In this document: one piece after another, positions 18,659-28,383 of the stretch
Numbering within the stretch: the stretch's first letter is position 1
How the letters are laid out: every line of letters starts with the position of its first letter
Assembly (NCBI GenBank): GCA_007378985.1
Contig: VMHB01000001.1
Location: 64,252-128,251 of the forward strand
Length of the DNA stretch: 64,000 nt
Direction: 5' to 3'
Source: Parcubacteria group bacterium Greene0714_7
GTDB taxonomy: Bacteria > Patescibacteriota > Minisyncoccia > Phycocordibacterales > Phycocordibacteraceae
Notes under the pieces: model-generated
Database searches by the model: none
Seen by the model: only the letters and a program-made list of their open reading frames with translations
What the model was told of the DNA's origin: nothing
Translations under genes and position numbers: made by a program

Positions 18659-19075
18659 TCAGCTATACGGGGTGGGGATTTTCAGTGTTTTGCAGAACTT
18701 TTTTTCGAGAGCTTCCATTTTTTTACCGTGGTCGTGTCCTTGTAAGTGGAGCATTCCGTGAACGAAAAGAAAGGGGAGATAGGTGGCGGTCTCCATTTTA
18801 AATTGTGGTGCCTTTTTTTTCACCGCACTCATACAGATATATATTTCTCCAGTTTTTTTGGATAGAGGGAAGGAAAGAATGTCAGTTGGAACATCTTTCC
18901 CTCGGTAGTGCTGATTCAGTTCCTGCATTTTTCCCGGTGGGACGAAAACAAGTGAGAGTGCATATTCTTTACCAAGTACTTTTTCTTTCATCATTGAAAA
19001 AGGCACTCGCGGAAGTGAGTGCCTTGCTGTATTTGCGACGACGAACTTCATTTCTTGTCCTTTCCTAAAATTCAA
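18659..19075 (-). CDS. ybeY: Endoribonuclease YbeY (rRNA maturation factor)
   Basis: HGMLHLQGHDH zinc-binding motif; about 138 aa. Confidence 0.85.
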   Translation of the reverse strand: MNFRKGQEMKFVVANTARHSLPRVPFSMMKEKVLGKEYALSLVFVPPGKMQELNQHYRGKDVPTDILSFPLSKKTGEIYICMSAVKKKAPQFKMETATYLPFLFVHGMLHLQGHDHGKKMEALEKKFCKTLKIPTPYS

Positions 19076-19105
19076 TAACTGAAATTCTGTAGTCTAGATA
19101 TTGTT

Positions 19106-19357
19106 TTATTTCGCACGCTTTTGAACACGGGCATTTGGATCAACGAGACCGAGTCTCTCCAAAGTAGCTGATTTTTCATGCTTAGCGATACGACGGAGTG
19201 CTCCGGCACGGCGCTTACTCTGTGAGAGTTCACGTTGGCGGTATCGATTATTTTTGACGCGACGGATAATTCCAGCTCCGAGTACTCTCTTTGAGAAACG
19301 GCGCACTAAACCCATCGTGTTTTCGGTCCCGGTCTTTGTTACTGAAACATTAATCAT
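19106..19357 (-). CDS. rpsU: 30S ribosomal protein S21
   Basis: LVRRFSKRVLGAGIIRRVKNNRYRQRELSQSKRRAGALRRIAKHEK resembles bS21; the rpsU-ybeY neighbourhood is conserved. Confidence 0.6.
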   Translation of the reverse strand: MINVSVTKTGTENTMGLVRRFSKRVLGAGIIRRVKNNRYRQRELSQSKRRAGALRRIAKHEKSATLERLGLVDPNARVQKRAK

Positions 19358-19440
19358 TGTGGAGCATATTTAAGCACAGACTGCTCCCAGAAGCAACTCG
19401 AAATCGTTCGGTGTTTAGATGGTGTGTTTCCCTCTAACAC

Positions 19441-20550
19441 CTAAGCTCTATGTCCTCGGCTTACGTACTGCGCAAGCTTGTCGAGAGGTAGTGTCATTTG
19501 TGCTTGTGTAACGACTGAGCGCACGATGGCTGTTTGATCCAAGGCTTCGCGTTGTCCAATGATGGCAATATATTTACTACCCGAGTCTGTTCCTTTCTGT
19601 ACTTGATCACGCAGGCTATCCAACATCAATGCCTGACCTACTGCAACTTGAGCACGCCAGAGTGCCTCAAGTAATGCGAAAGAGCGAAGTTTTGCAGCAT
19701 CCCCAACATGCACAATAAAGCACGCTGGTTCATCGTCGAGTGAATCAATGTCAACTCTTCCCTGCATTTCCAAGCTTATAGCAACGGCTGGCTCTGCTTG
19801 GGTACCTCGTGCGCGTTTTGCGCATTCGTCGTATCTACCACCACTTGCAACACGCACCCGTTCGCCTTTCTTATTTGTTCCTTCAATTGCGAATAAAAGT
19901 TCTGATTCAATACCAGGTTCTGCAATCAGTCGAGACTGTATAGAATAGGCAATACCTACTGATTCAAAGAGGGAAAGAGTCGAGAGCATTGTCTTGCGTG
20001 AATTTTCCGAAAGGTAATCGATTGAGCGTGGCATTTGTTCGACGCCCGGATCATTCCTCATAATCATGGTGCGGTAGGCTGAGTCTGGATCATGTGGGGT
20101 AATTTGCTTCAAATCTTCTGGAATTGCTTCGGGGTGTTTTTTGAAAAAGTTTCCTAACTCACGAGTGAACCTTTTGCGTGACTCTGCATCACCTACTGAT
20201 GACACAAGCACAGAAAGGTCAGTGAATCCCGCGACATCTACAATAGAAAGCGCTGTTTTTATTACTATGGCTGGTGCAATTGCGTGGCGCGTTGAAAAGA
20301 TACCAAATGAAAGCAATGTGCCTGTACCTTTGCGTGATACTCCCCAAGATTGTGTTGGTCCTTTGCCACTTTGAGCGAGGTTAACGAGCGCAACTGATGC
20401 TGTTGTTTTTTGATTTGTAGTTGCACTTGTGGCAACGAGCGCCCGGCGTGGAATTGTTGCAGGCTGCGTTGTGAATCCGTATGCGTAGGCAATGCGTGCA
20501 ATTGATTGCTCGAGAGATTCATTCTGTTTTCCTTTTTCAATTGATCGCAT
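19441..20550 (-). CDS. Histidine--tRNA ligase-like class II aaRS protein (divergent HisRS/HisZ family)
   Basis: GGRYD motif 3, HisRS-like C-terminal anticodon-binding region (KYIAIIGQREALDQTAIVRSV), but motif 2 is poorly conserved and the N-terminus is short. Confidence 0.55.
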   Translation of the reverse strand: MRSIEKGKQNESLEQSIARIAYAYGFTTQPATIPRRALVATSATTNQKTTASVALVNLAQSGKGPTQSWGVSRKGTGTLLSFGIFSTRHAIAPAIVIKTALSIVDVAGFTDLSVLVSSVGDAESRKRFTRELGNFFKKHPEAIPEDLKQITPHDPDSAYRTMIMRNDPGVEQMPRSIDYLSENSRKTMLSTLSLFESVGIAYSIQSRLIAEPGIESELLFAIEGTNKKGERVRVASGGRYDECAKRARGTQAEPAVAISLEMQGRVDIDSLDDEPACFIVHVGDAAKLRSFALLEALWRAQVAVGQALMLDSLRDQVQKGTDSGSKYIAIIGQREALDQTAIVRSVVTQAQMTLPLDKLAQYVSRGHRA

Positions 20551-20589
20551 GTTTGTGAGGGATTAGTGGTTTGGATTAATAAGAAAACA

Positions 20590-21183
20590 TCATTGTTGCA
20601 ACAGAACTGCACCAGGGAATAGATGTATTCGATCCAGTGGGAAGAGTCTCACTACGGGACGACCAATTATGTCAGCACGCGGTAGGTTGCCCCACGACCT
20701 TGAGTCAGAACTTTCGTTGCGGTTGTCACCCATGACGAAATATTCGTCGCTTCCGAGTGTGTATGTTGCGTGTTCATCACGCATTCGAGATAGATCGATG
20801 AAAGATTGATCAATAGTGAACGGCTCTGTGTTGGCTCCATGAATGATTATTTTTTTATTTGTAGTTTCAATTTTTTCATTTGGTAAACCTATGATGCGCT
20901 TGATGAAAAATGTTTTTGGGTCTTTAGGGTATCGCATAATGATGACATCGCCACGCTTTGGGTCTTCAAAGTGGTAGGTAAGTTGATCAACAATAAGATA
21001 TTCATTGTTTTCAAATGTGGGCACCATAGATGCACCACGTACAACAAAAGGTTGTGCGATAAACCAGCGAACAGGTATAACAATGAGGAGTGCGATGAGC
21101 GCGAATTTGATTGTGTCGGTGACAATCTCACGGCGCGTTTCATTCATAGAAAGAATTGTACGCTTCGCCACTATTGCGCGCAA
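20590..21183 (-). CDS. lepB: Signal peptidase I
   Basis: N-terminal TM; catalytic Ser box VRGASMVPTF; Lys box; GDNRNESSDSR box E. Confidence 0.85.
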   Translation of the reverse strand: MRAIVAKRTILSMNETRREIVTDTIKFALIALLIVIPVRWFIAQPFVVRGASMVPTFENNEYLIVDQLTYHFEDPKRGDVIIMRYPKDPKTFFIKRIIGLPNEKIETTNKKIIIHGANTEPFTIDQSFIDLSRMRDEHATYTLGSDEYFVMGDNRNESSDSRSWGNLPRADIIGRPVVRLFPLDRIHLFPGAVLLQQ

Positions 21184-21235
21184 GGTTGTTTTCGTTGTGC
21201 AATGCTATTTATGCAAAAATATTTTTTTCGTATAC

Positions 21236-21336
21236 ACTTGTTGAAGGTTCTAGGTGCTAGGGACTAGGTGTTAGCTTTTAATTTTCAGAAAGCTAGAAGC
21301 TAGAAGCTAGAAGCTAGAAGCTAGCACCTAATCTCA
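21236..21336. repeat. Heptamer-periodic hairpin element ending in (GCTAGAA)x4 immediately before the pth start codon
   Basis: ggttctaggtgctagggactaggtgttagc-ttttaattttcagaa-agctagaagctagaagctagaagctagaagctagcacctaatctca|ATG. The left arm reverse-complements to the right-arm repeats. Confidence 0.6.
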
Positions 21337-21924
21337 ATGTACATCATCGTTGGACTTGGTAACCCTGGAGAAAAATACGAGCATACACGCCACAATGCGG
21401 GACGTATGGCACTTGATTGGTTTAAAAAGAAGTATGATTTTTCTGATTGGGAGTTTAATAAAAAATTAAACGCACACACTGCAGAAGGGAAGGTGGGAAA
21501 AGCGAAGGCACTCTTGGTTATTCCGGATACTTTCATGAATAATTCCGGTAAAGCTGTCTTGGGGTTGGTGAAATCAAAAAAAGCCGCATCAGAATTATTG
21601 GTTGTATACGATGATCTCGATATCCCGTTCGGTACCTTTAAGATTTCATACGGAAGAAGTTCTGGTGGACACAACGGTCTTGAGTCAATTATCCGTGCAG
21701 TGAAAACGAAAGATTTTCCACGCCTGCGTTTTGGTGTTTCGCCAGCAACACCATCTGGAAAATTAAAGAAGCCAATGGGAGAAAAAAAAGTTCTCGATTT
21801 TCTTTTAGGGGATTTTTCGAAAAAAGAAAAAGAAGTGATGCCAAAGATTTTGAAGAAGGTAGGGGAGGCGATTGAGATTTCGGTTACGGAAGGTTATCAA
21901 ATAGCGATGAATAAATCTAACTAA
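21337..21924 (+). CDS. pth: Peptidyl-tRNA hydrolase
   Basis: MYIIVGLGNPGEKYEHTRHNAGRMALD N-terminal signature. Confidence 0.9.
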   Translation: MYIIVGLGNPGEKYEHTRHNAGRMALDWFKKKYDFSDWEFNKKLNAHTAEGKVGKAKALLVIPDTFMNNSGKAVLGLVKSKKAASELLVVYDDLDIPFGTFKISYGRSSGGHNGLESIIRAVKTKDFPRLRFGVSPATPSGKLKKPMGEKKVLDFLLGDFSKKEKEVMPKILKKVGEAIEISVTEGYQIAMNKSN

Positions 21925-21930
21925 CCTGCA

Positions 21931-22158
21931 ATGCCTAGACCAGGGTACGAACGTCATCATACAGGGAGAGCATTGGATGAAATTCAGCAAAGTTATTTAG
22001 TTGAGCAGAGAGTAATGAGGGATTTTGCTCTTCTTCTAGATCTCTATAAGCGTGGTGAGTATCCTGGTGAAAGTTTATCTGACATTGAGAAAGAGGTCGC
22101 CACTCGTATGGCAGAAGCAGAAGCATTTCGGATATCTCGAAGAACACAGTTACACTAA
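21931..22158 (+). CDS. Hypothetical small protein (75 aa)
   Basis: ORF immediately after pth and before a strong terminator; no motif. Confidence 0.35.
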   Translation: MPRPGYERHHTGRALDEIQQSYLVEQRVMRDFALLLDLYKRGEYPGESLSDIEKEVATRMAEAEAFRISRRTQLH

Positions 22159-22186
22159 AAAACACCCCGGGCGGGGTGTTTTTTAG
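22157..22186. terminator. Bidirectional intrinsic terminator (aaaaaacaccccgggcggggtgtttttt)
   Basis: 7-bp GC stem flanked by an A-tract and a T-tract, between the + small ORF and the convergent rpsA. Confidence 0.75.
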
Positions 22187-22196
22187 TGTAAGGAAT

Positions 22197-23294
22197 TTAT
22201 TTCTTAGTTTTCACGAATGAAAGCGTCATACGATGCTCTTTTGGTTCAAAGAGCGTAATGGTGAATGGATATGTTTTCCCAAGACCCAACGTTTCGCGAA
22301 GTTCAGCTTCTGAAGCAAATTCTGAAACATGCACTAATCCAGCCACACCTTCTTCAATTGAAGCGAGTGCACCGTACTTGTTGTACTTAATGACTGCGGC
22401 ATTCACCTCGCCGTCTTTCTTGTACTTCGCGGCTGCGATAACCCAAGGATCTTCCTGAAGTTGTTTCAAAGAGAGGGAAATCTTACCGTCTTTGATGTCG
22501 ATGATTTTTACTTTGATTGGCTCGTTTACCTTTGCAAACGCACGAGGATCCTCAACGAGACCCCAGTCGATTTCAGAAATGTGCACCAAGCCTTCGAGTC
22601 CGTCCTCAACTTTCACGAAGATACCGAAGTCGACGATCCCTGTGACCATTCCTTCTACAACATCTCCAACTGCATAGCGGTCAACAAGCGTTCCTCGAGC
22701 CTCTTTAGAACCTCCGCGTTCTGAGAAGATAAGTTTTCCTTCACGAGGATCTGCGGTGATGATAGAAACCGACATGTTGGTGCCAATCAATTTCTTCAAT
22801 TCATCCAAGATGAGCTGTTTTTCGCCGTTTGCGACTCGTGGGTAGTGCTCAGGCTTCAACTGCGAAGCAGGAAGGAAGCCTTGAATGCTCTGCCACGCAA
22901 TAATAAGTCCGCCTTTGTTTGCATCTTTAACAGGAAGTTCGAAGACAGTACCTGCGGCGATTGCTTTTTCAGCATCCGACCAGATCATTGCCTGACGTGC
23001 CTCCTTGAGGGAAAGTTCTATGTAGCCTTCTTTGTTATGACTTCCGACTATCTTTGCAGATACGGTGTCGCCAAGTGCAACTTTGCGAAGTACATCACGA
23101 GCAGAAAGATATTCGCGTCCGTAAATGATACCCGTTCCGAAAGGTGGAAGATCTATGTAAATTTTTCCTGAACCAATGAAAATAACCGGTCCTTCGACTG
23201 TATCTCCTTCTGCTGGTGGAATGACACTTTCAAGGAGAAGTTTCTCCATTTGCTCATTCACCACAGGTACTACTATTTCTTTTTTCTTAGACAT
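22197..23294 (-). CDS. rpsA: 30S ribosomal protein S1 (short form, about 4 S1 domains)
   Basis: Repeated S1/OB-fold motifs (GDVVEGMVTGIVDFGIFVKV..., GDTVSAKIVG...). Confidence 0.8.
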   Translation of the reverse strand: MSKKKEIVVPVVNEQMEKLLLESVIPPAEGDTVEGPVIFIGSGKIYIDLPPFGTGIIYGREYLSARDVLRKVALGDTVSAKIVGSHNKEGYIELSLKEARQAMIWSDAEKAIAAGTVFELPVKDANKGGLIIAWQSIQGFLPASQLKPEHYPRVANGEKQLILDELKKLIGTNMSVSIITADPREGKLIFSERGGSKEARGTLVDRYAVGDVVEGMVTGIVDFGIFVKVEDGLEGLVHISEIDWGLVEDPRAFAKVNEPIKVKIIDIKDGKISLSLKQLQEDPWVIAAAKYKKDGEVNAAVIKYNKYGALASIEEGVAGLVHVSEFASEAELRETLGLGKTYPFTITLFEPKEHRMTLSFVKTKK

Positions 23295-23350
23295 TTAATC
23301 AGTAATCGATTGGGCGCTTCTAGGTTCCAGCTTCTAGGGGCTAGGTTCTA
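23295..23350. repeat. Heptamer-repeat leader (reverse-complement cctagaa cctagcc cctagaa gctggaa cctagaa) directly upstream of the rpsA ATG
   Basis: Read directly; same family as 21236-21336 and 14516-14651. Confidence 0.55.
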
Positions 23351-23491
23351 GGAAGGATTAACACCAACCAAAGTGATATAAAAAAGCCCTAGGGCTTTGT
23401 CGGGAATTTATACCATATATATCATCCGAGAACAAACTGATTGACACTGCTTTCTTAAAGTTCTAGGTTGTGTGAACTAATATATAATTTT

Positions 23492-23749
23492 ATGGCAAAA
23501 CCAGAGAAACTGACGAAACCAGAAAAACGCTTCTCTGTCACAGGAGACAGAAATGAAGACGCCAGGATAGCTGGTCTAATTATGGATGATATGGGTATTC
23601 CGCGCTTACTTGATCCAGTGCGTCCTCATGTGAGAATGAGTCCGGATCGAAAGGCAGGTTTTGATTTGCTTATGGCATTGCTATTGCCGACAGTGGAAGA
23701 GCTGGAAGAAGAAAGCAAAGCAAGAAGAGTGGGGCGTGAGACAGAGTAG
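23492..23749 (+). CDS. Hypothetical protein (about 85 aa)
   Basis: ORF only; no motif. Confidence 0.25.
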   Translation: MAKPEKLTKPEKRFSVTGDRNEDARIAGLIMDDMGIPRLLDPVRPHVRMSPDRKAGFDLLMALLLPTVEELEEESKARRVGRETE

Positions 23750-24052
23750 TAACTTTTCACCTAGCTTTTAAAGTGAAGGTATTTCTACTTTAAGTCGTGT
23801 ACCTGTTTTTTGGTATACGATGTACGTAATGGCTGAAGGCAATGAAGGATTTGGAGGTACGGATTCATCTGAGAATCCACTGGTTACGTCACGGAATGAT
23901 ATTTTTTTTCAATCAGTTTTTAATCTCGCGATGGCTTCAAGGTTTGGTCCATTGTGGTGGATGCTAGTGTCTCGTCCTCCTGCGTCACAGGGCCAAGGTG
24001 GAGTGAAGTAAGCGCTGGAATCTGAAAGCTGTCGCGTGATACAATCACTCGC

Positions 24053-24676
24053 ATGATCATTCAACGAGCAGGCGGATATTGTTTTAAGATTTCTTCAGGC
24101 GATACCACTATCGCTTTAAATCCTCCATCGTCGAAGAGTAAGCACAAAGTTTCTAAGTTTGGTTCAGATGTCGTTGTTATTTCTGTACCGCATACTGATT
24201 GGAACGGGGCAGAGCAGGCAACGCACAACGGTAAAGAGCCTTTTGTTGTGTCAGGTCCAGGGGCATACGAAGTTGGGGACATCATTATTACTGGCTACGG
24301 AACTCCTGGGGCTTACGGTGATGTGATGTCTGATGTTGGCAACACTGTCTATATAATTGAAATGGACGGCATTCGAGTATTGGCACTTGGCGCTCTCTCT
24401 GCTCCCAAACTACCTCCAGAGGTAAGAAGCGAGCTTGATAACATTGGCATTGTTCTTATACCGGTGGGTGAGGATACTCTCGATGGGAAAGTTGCACATG
24501 ACTTAGTAAACACAATTGAAACCAAAGTAATAATTCCCTACTCTATCGGCAAGGATGATGCCCTGAAAGTTTTCTTGAAAGCAGAAGGTGTTGCTGATAC
24601 AAAACCAATTGACAAACTTACCGTGCGTGCAAAAGAGCTTGCCGCTATGGATGGGGCAGTAGTGCTTCTGTCCTAA
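24053..24676 (+). CDS. Metallo-beta-lactamase-fold hydrolase-like protein (UPF0173-like)
   Basis: Length and beta-strand pattern resemble small MBL-fold hydrolases. The canonical HxHxDH motif is not evident, so this is tentative. Confidence 0.4.
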   Translation: MIIQRAGGYCFKISSGDTTIALNPPSSKSKHKVSKFGSDVVVISVPHTDWNGAEQATHNGKEPFVVSGPGAYEVGDIIITGYGTPGAYGDVMSDVGNTVYIIEMDGIRVLALGALSAPKLPPEVRSELDNIGIVLIPVGEDTLDGKVAHDLVNTIETKVIIPYSIGKDDALKVFLKAEGVADTKPIDKLTVRAKELAAMDGAVVLLS

Positions 24677-24704
24677 GTTTTTGGTCCACCTAAGTACTCC
24701 GAGT

Positions 24705-24920
24705 ATGTTCAAAGCTTTTGAAAAACTACGACGAGCTCCACACCATACTCGTGAAAAGTTTACGGCATTAATTAGCGTGGTTATTGTCGGGCTCATTACT
24801 CTCGTCTGGTTTGTACTATTTCTGTTTTCTGTTTTATCTACTGATTTTTATAAGGCACCTACATCCAGTACAACCTCTGAGGTTTCTCAGGTTAATCTTC
24901 AGGTGCCATTTTCTGAATAG
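24705..24920 (+). CDS. Hypothetical small membrane protein
   Basis: Single TM helix (ALISVVIVGLITLVWFVLFLFSVL). Confidence 0.3.
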   Translation: MFKAFEKLRRAPHHTREKFTALISVVIVGLITLVWFVLFLFSVLSTDFYKAPTSSTTSEVSQVNLQVPFSE

Positions 24921-24980
24921 TTTTTTCAATAATGTATAAGTGGTTTTTACCGCACCGCAGTGCTATAATTTAAGAAGAAT

Positions 24981-27449
24981 ATGGCTCGAAAGAAAGTGCA
25001 AACAGCACCTGAAGATAGTACTCCGGAGGCCGACATGGGCCTTCGTGTCATTTCGCATTCAATTGTTACTGAAATGCGCGAGTCGTACCTCGACTACGCA
25101 ATGTCCGTTATTACTGCGCGCGCTTTGCCTGATGTGCGCGACGGTTTGAAGCCAGTACATCGTCGCATTCTCTACACCATGCATCGCATGGGTCTCTCTG
25201 CTACCTCAAAACCTCGAAAATCGGCTGCGGTAGTTGGAGATGTCTTGGGTAAATACCATCCACACGGCGACACCGCTGTGTATGAAGCAATGGTTAAGAT
25301 GGCGCAAAATTTCACCATGCGATATCCCTTGATTATTGGTCAAGGAAACTTCGGCTCAATCGATGGCGACTCAGCTGCTGCTATGCGTTACACCGAAGCA
25401 AAGATGTCAAAGCTCTCTGCTGATCTTCTGTCTGACCTTGATAAAGACACTGTTGAATGGCGTCCAAACTACGACGGTACGCAAAAGGAGCCCAATGTTC
25501 TTCCTGCTGGAGTTCCAAATATTCTTTTGAATGGAACTCTTGGTATTGCTGTTGGTATGGCAACTAATGTCCCTCCACATAACTTAGGTGAAGTAGTAGA
25601 TGCCACAGTGCATCTTATTGATAATCCGGATGCAACTGTCGATGAGCTTTTACAATTTGTTCAAGGACCTGATTTTCCAATTGGAGGTATCGCATTTAAT
25701 TCAAAAGATATTGCACATGCATATGCAACAGGGCGCGGGCCTGTGGTGGTCCGAGGTAATGCAGAAATCACTGAGGATAAAAAGGGTAATAACATCATCC
25801 TTATTACCTCTATTCCGTACCGTGTAAACAAAGCTGACCTAATCATAAATATTGCAGATTTAGTGCGTGACAAAAAACTTGAAGGTGTACGAGACCTCCG
25901 TGACGAATCAACGACTGATATTCGTGTTGTGGTGGAATTGAAAAATAATGCCCAACCACAGCAGGTATTGAACTACCTGTATAAGCACACACAGCTTGAA
26001 GATGCGTTCCATTACAACATGGTGCTTTTGGTAGATGGTGTGCCTGAAACACTCTCGCTTTCCGCAATTCTTTCATATTTCATCGAACACAGAAAAGTTG
26101 TTGTAAAGAGGCGCACTGAGTTTGATTTGAAACGTGCACAAGAGAGAGAGCATATTTTGCTTGGACTTAAAAAAGCACTCGATCACATAGATGAAATCAT
26201 CAAATTAATTAAGGCGGCGAAGGATGTGCAGGGCGCTCACACTGATCTCCAAAAGAAATTCAAATTCTCTGAGCGCCAAGCTACAGCAATTCTTGAAATG
26301 CGTCTACAGAAACTTGCAGGCTTGGAGCGCAAAAAAATCGAAGATGAGTTGAAAGAAATACAAGCATTCATTAAGGAGTTAGAGGAAATACTTTCTTCAA
26401 CGAAGAAAATAATGAAGGTGGTGAAGACTGAGCTCTTGGCGCTTCGCGAGAAATACGCTGATGAGAGACGTACCAAAATTGTAAAGGGTGGCATTAAGAA
26501 TATGTCAGATGAAGACCTTATTCCTGACGAAGCTGCGATGCTCACACTTACTTCTACTGGGTATGTGAAGCGCACCAGCCCAAGCGAATATAAGAAGCAA
26601 AATCGTGGTGGTGTGGGAGTTGTTGATTTAAATACAAAGGAAGAAGATTTCGTGACACGATTCTTGGAAGGCTCCACACATGACTCGGTCTTGTTTTTCT
26701 CTGATCGTGGAAAGGTGTATCGAACACGCATGTATGAAGTACCTGAAGGAAGGCGAGCCACAAAAGGTAAATCAATTATGAATGTACTTCCGCTTTCTGC
26801 GGAGGAGCGCATTACTTCAATAGTTGCATTGACTAAAAAATCAGCAACATCTTCCTTCATGCTCATTACCGAGAAAGGTGTTGCAAAGAAAGTGAAAGCA
26901 GATCAGTTTGAAGATGTACGCCGTTCAGGCATCATCGCGATGTCACTACAAGCAGGAGATAGTTTGATTGCTGTTCTTCCTGTTGAGAAAGGTGAGAGTG
27001 TTATTTTAGTAACCGCAGGAGGTCAGGCAATTCGCTTTAAGGAATCAGACATTCGTGAGATGGGACGCACCGCTGGCGGAGTGCGCGGTATGAAGTTTGG
27101 AAGTAAGGACAAGATAATTGCAGCAGACGTTATTAAGAATGAAAAAGAGAGTGAGGTTTTGGTTCTTGCTGATATGGGATACGGTAAGCGAACACCTGCA
27201 AAGGAATACAAAATACAAAAGCGTGGTGGCTCTGGTATTAAAACGGGCAAGGTAACTCCAAAAACAGGTTCAATTATTGCAGCGCGCGTCGTTACTCCAG
27301 AAATGTCAGAAATAATCGTTGCATCAAAAAATGGACAAGTGATTCGAACTGAACTCTCACAAGTGCCAACACTTTCGCGCGCCACACAAGGTGTTCGTAT
27401 TATGAAGCTTCGTGAAGGTGATAAAATTGCAGCGTTCACCGCTTTTTAG
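24981..27449 (+). CDS. gyrA: DNA gyrase subunit A
   Basis: [13 protein letters not shown], active-site Tyr region [14 protein letters not shown]-like region, C-terminal beta-pinwheel repeats; 822 aa. Confidence 0.95.
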   Translation: MARKKVQTAPEDSTPEADMGLRVISHSIVTEMRESYLDYAMSVITARALPDVRDGLKPVHRRILYTMHRMGLSATSKPRKSAAVVGDVLGKYHPHGDTAVYEAMVKMAQNFTMRYPLIIGQGNFGSIDGDSAAAMRYTEAKMSKLSADLLSDLDKDTVEWRPNYDGTQKEPNVLPAGVPNILLNGTLGIAVGMATNVPPHNLGEVVDATVHLIDNPDATVDELLQFVQGPDFPIGGIAFNSKDIAHAYATGRGPVVVRGNAEITEDKKGNNIILITSIPYRVNKADLIINIADLVRDKKLEGVRDLRDESTTDIRVVVELKNNAQPQQVLNYLYKHTQLEDAFHYNMVLLVDGVPETLSLSAILSYFIEHRKVVVKRRTEFDLKRAQEREHILLGLKKALDHIDEIIKLIKAAKDVQGAHTDLQKKFKFSERQATAILEMRLQKLAGLERKKIEDELKEIQAFIKELEEILSSTKKIMKVVKTELLALREKYADERRTKIVKGGIKNMSDEDLIPDEAAMLTLTSTGYVKRTSPSEYKKQNRGGVGVVDLNTKEEDFVTRFLEGSTHDSVLFFSDRGKVYRTRMYEVPEGRRATKGKSIMNVLPLSAEERITSIVALTKKSATSSFMLITEKGVAKKVKADQFEDVRRSGIIAMSLQAGDSLIAVLPVEKGESVILVTAGGQAIRFKESDIREMGRTAGGVRGMKFGSKDKIIAADVIKNEKESEVLVLADMGYGKRTPAKEYKIQKRGGSGIKTGKVTPKTGSIIAARVVTPEMSEIIVASKNGQVIRTELSQVPTLSRATQGVRIMKLREGDKIAAFTAF

Positions 27450-27520
27450 TTGCCAGCTGCCAGGTTTCAGGTGCCAGCTTTCAGCCTCAAACTTCGAGCT
27501 GTCAGGTTCCAGCTTAAATT
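27450..27520. repeat. Heptamer-periodic repeat (gccagct gccaggt ttcaggt gccagct ttcagcc...) downstream of gyrA
   Basis: Period-7 pattern read directly; a related stretch at 27590-27630 precedes the methyltransferase start. Confidence 0.5.
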
Positions 27521-27679
27521 TTTTCTGTATGATATATCATACAGAATTTGTGGATGACTCAAGGGGAAAAGAGGGATTTCCCCTCATCCCTAAAAGCTAA
27601 CAGCCAAAAGCTAGAAGCTAGGCTGTACCTTGTTCTTGCTCCGTGGAAAATTCAACCACCGACACACTTGCGGGGTACA

Positions 27680-28207
27680 ATGCAAAGAATGTTCCTGAAC
27701 CCTACAGATATTCTTTCCCATCTCCCGATAACCGCGCATGCAAAAGTGGGAGATTTTGGCGTAGGTGCTGGGCACTATTCATTTGCTTTGGCTGAAAAAC
27801 TTGGCAGAGAAGGTACTATTTACGCTTTTGATGCGTTTGGTCCAGCACTCGATGCTATTCGTCGGAAAGGGGAACACTATCCAGCTGAGTTTCATACATT
27901 GCAGTCGGATTTGAATGAGCCTATACCCATCGGAGATAACCTTCTCCATATTGCTGTGGTGGCAAATATACTTCACCAAATTCGTGAGCGTGAGCGTTTT
28001 GTGATGGAGGTTGCGCGCGTGGTACGCCCTGGGGGTACTGCACTTGTTGTTGATTGGATCTCCTCATTTAAAAATATGGGACCTTCATCTGAGGCCGTGC
28101 TAGCCCCAGGGGAGGCGGTCCGTCTTTTCAGGCAAGCAGGTTTTGAAACTGGGGACATGCTTCCTGCGGGAACGCATCATTTCGCATTTCTTGCGACGTT
28201 AAAGTAA
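27680..28207 (+). CDS. Class I SAM-dependent methyltransferase
   Basis: Motif I VGDFGVGAGHYSF and a post-I acidic residue. Start placed at MQRMFLNP because the longer ORF from 27548 would translate the leader repeat. Confidence 0.65.
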   Translation: MQRMFLNPTDILSHLPITAHAKVGDFGVGAGHYSFALAEKLGREGTIYAFDAFGPALDAIRRKGEHYPAEFHTLQSDLNEPIPIGDNLLHIAVVANILHQIRERERFVMEVARVVRPGGTALVVDWISSFKNMGPSSEAVLAPGEAVRLFRQAGFETGDMLPAGTHHFAFLATLK

Positions 28208-28383
28208 TTCTCTGGAAATCTATGCAGATTAGAAGCATGAGAGGCGGTATACTGGTAGCATGAATCCCGTTAGAGGTGTGAACGTTATGAAAAACATACC
28301 GTACAATAGAATTATGGTTTCGGTCTTATCTTTACTCGCTCTATATAATATACGGATGCCCTCGGCATCCTACCTCTAACGGG

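Noticed and set aside
21292-21326. Tandem (gctagaa)x4 repeat, considered as a CRISPR-like or minisatellite array
   Set aside because: The units are 7 nt with no spacers. It belongs to the heptamer-periodic leader family. No CRISPR array (repeat-spacer structure) was found anywhere in the window.
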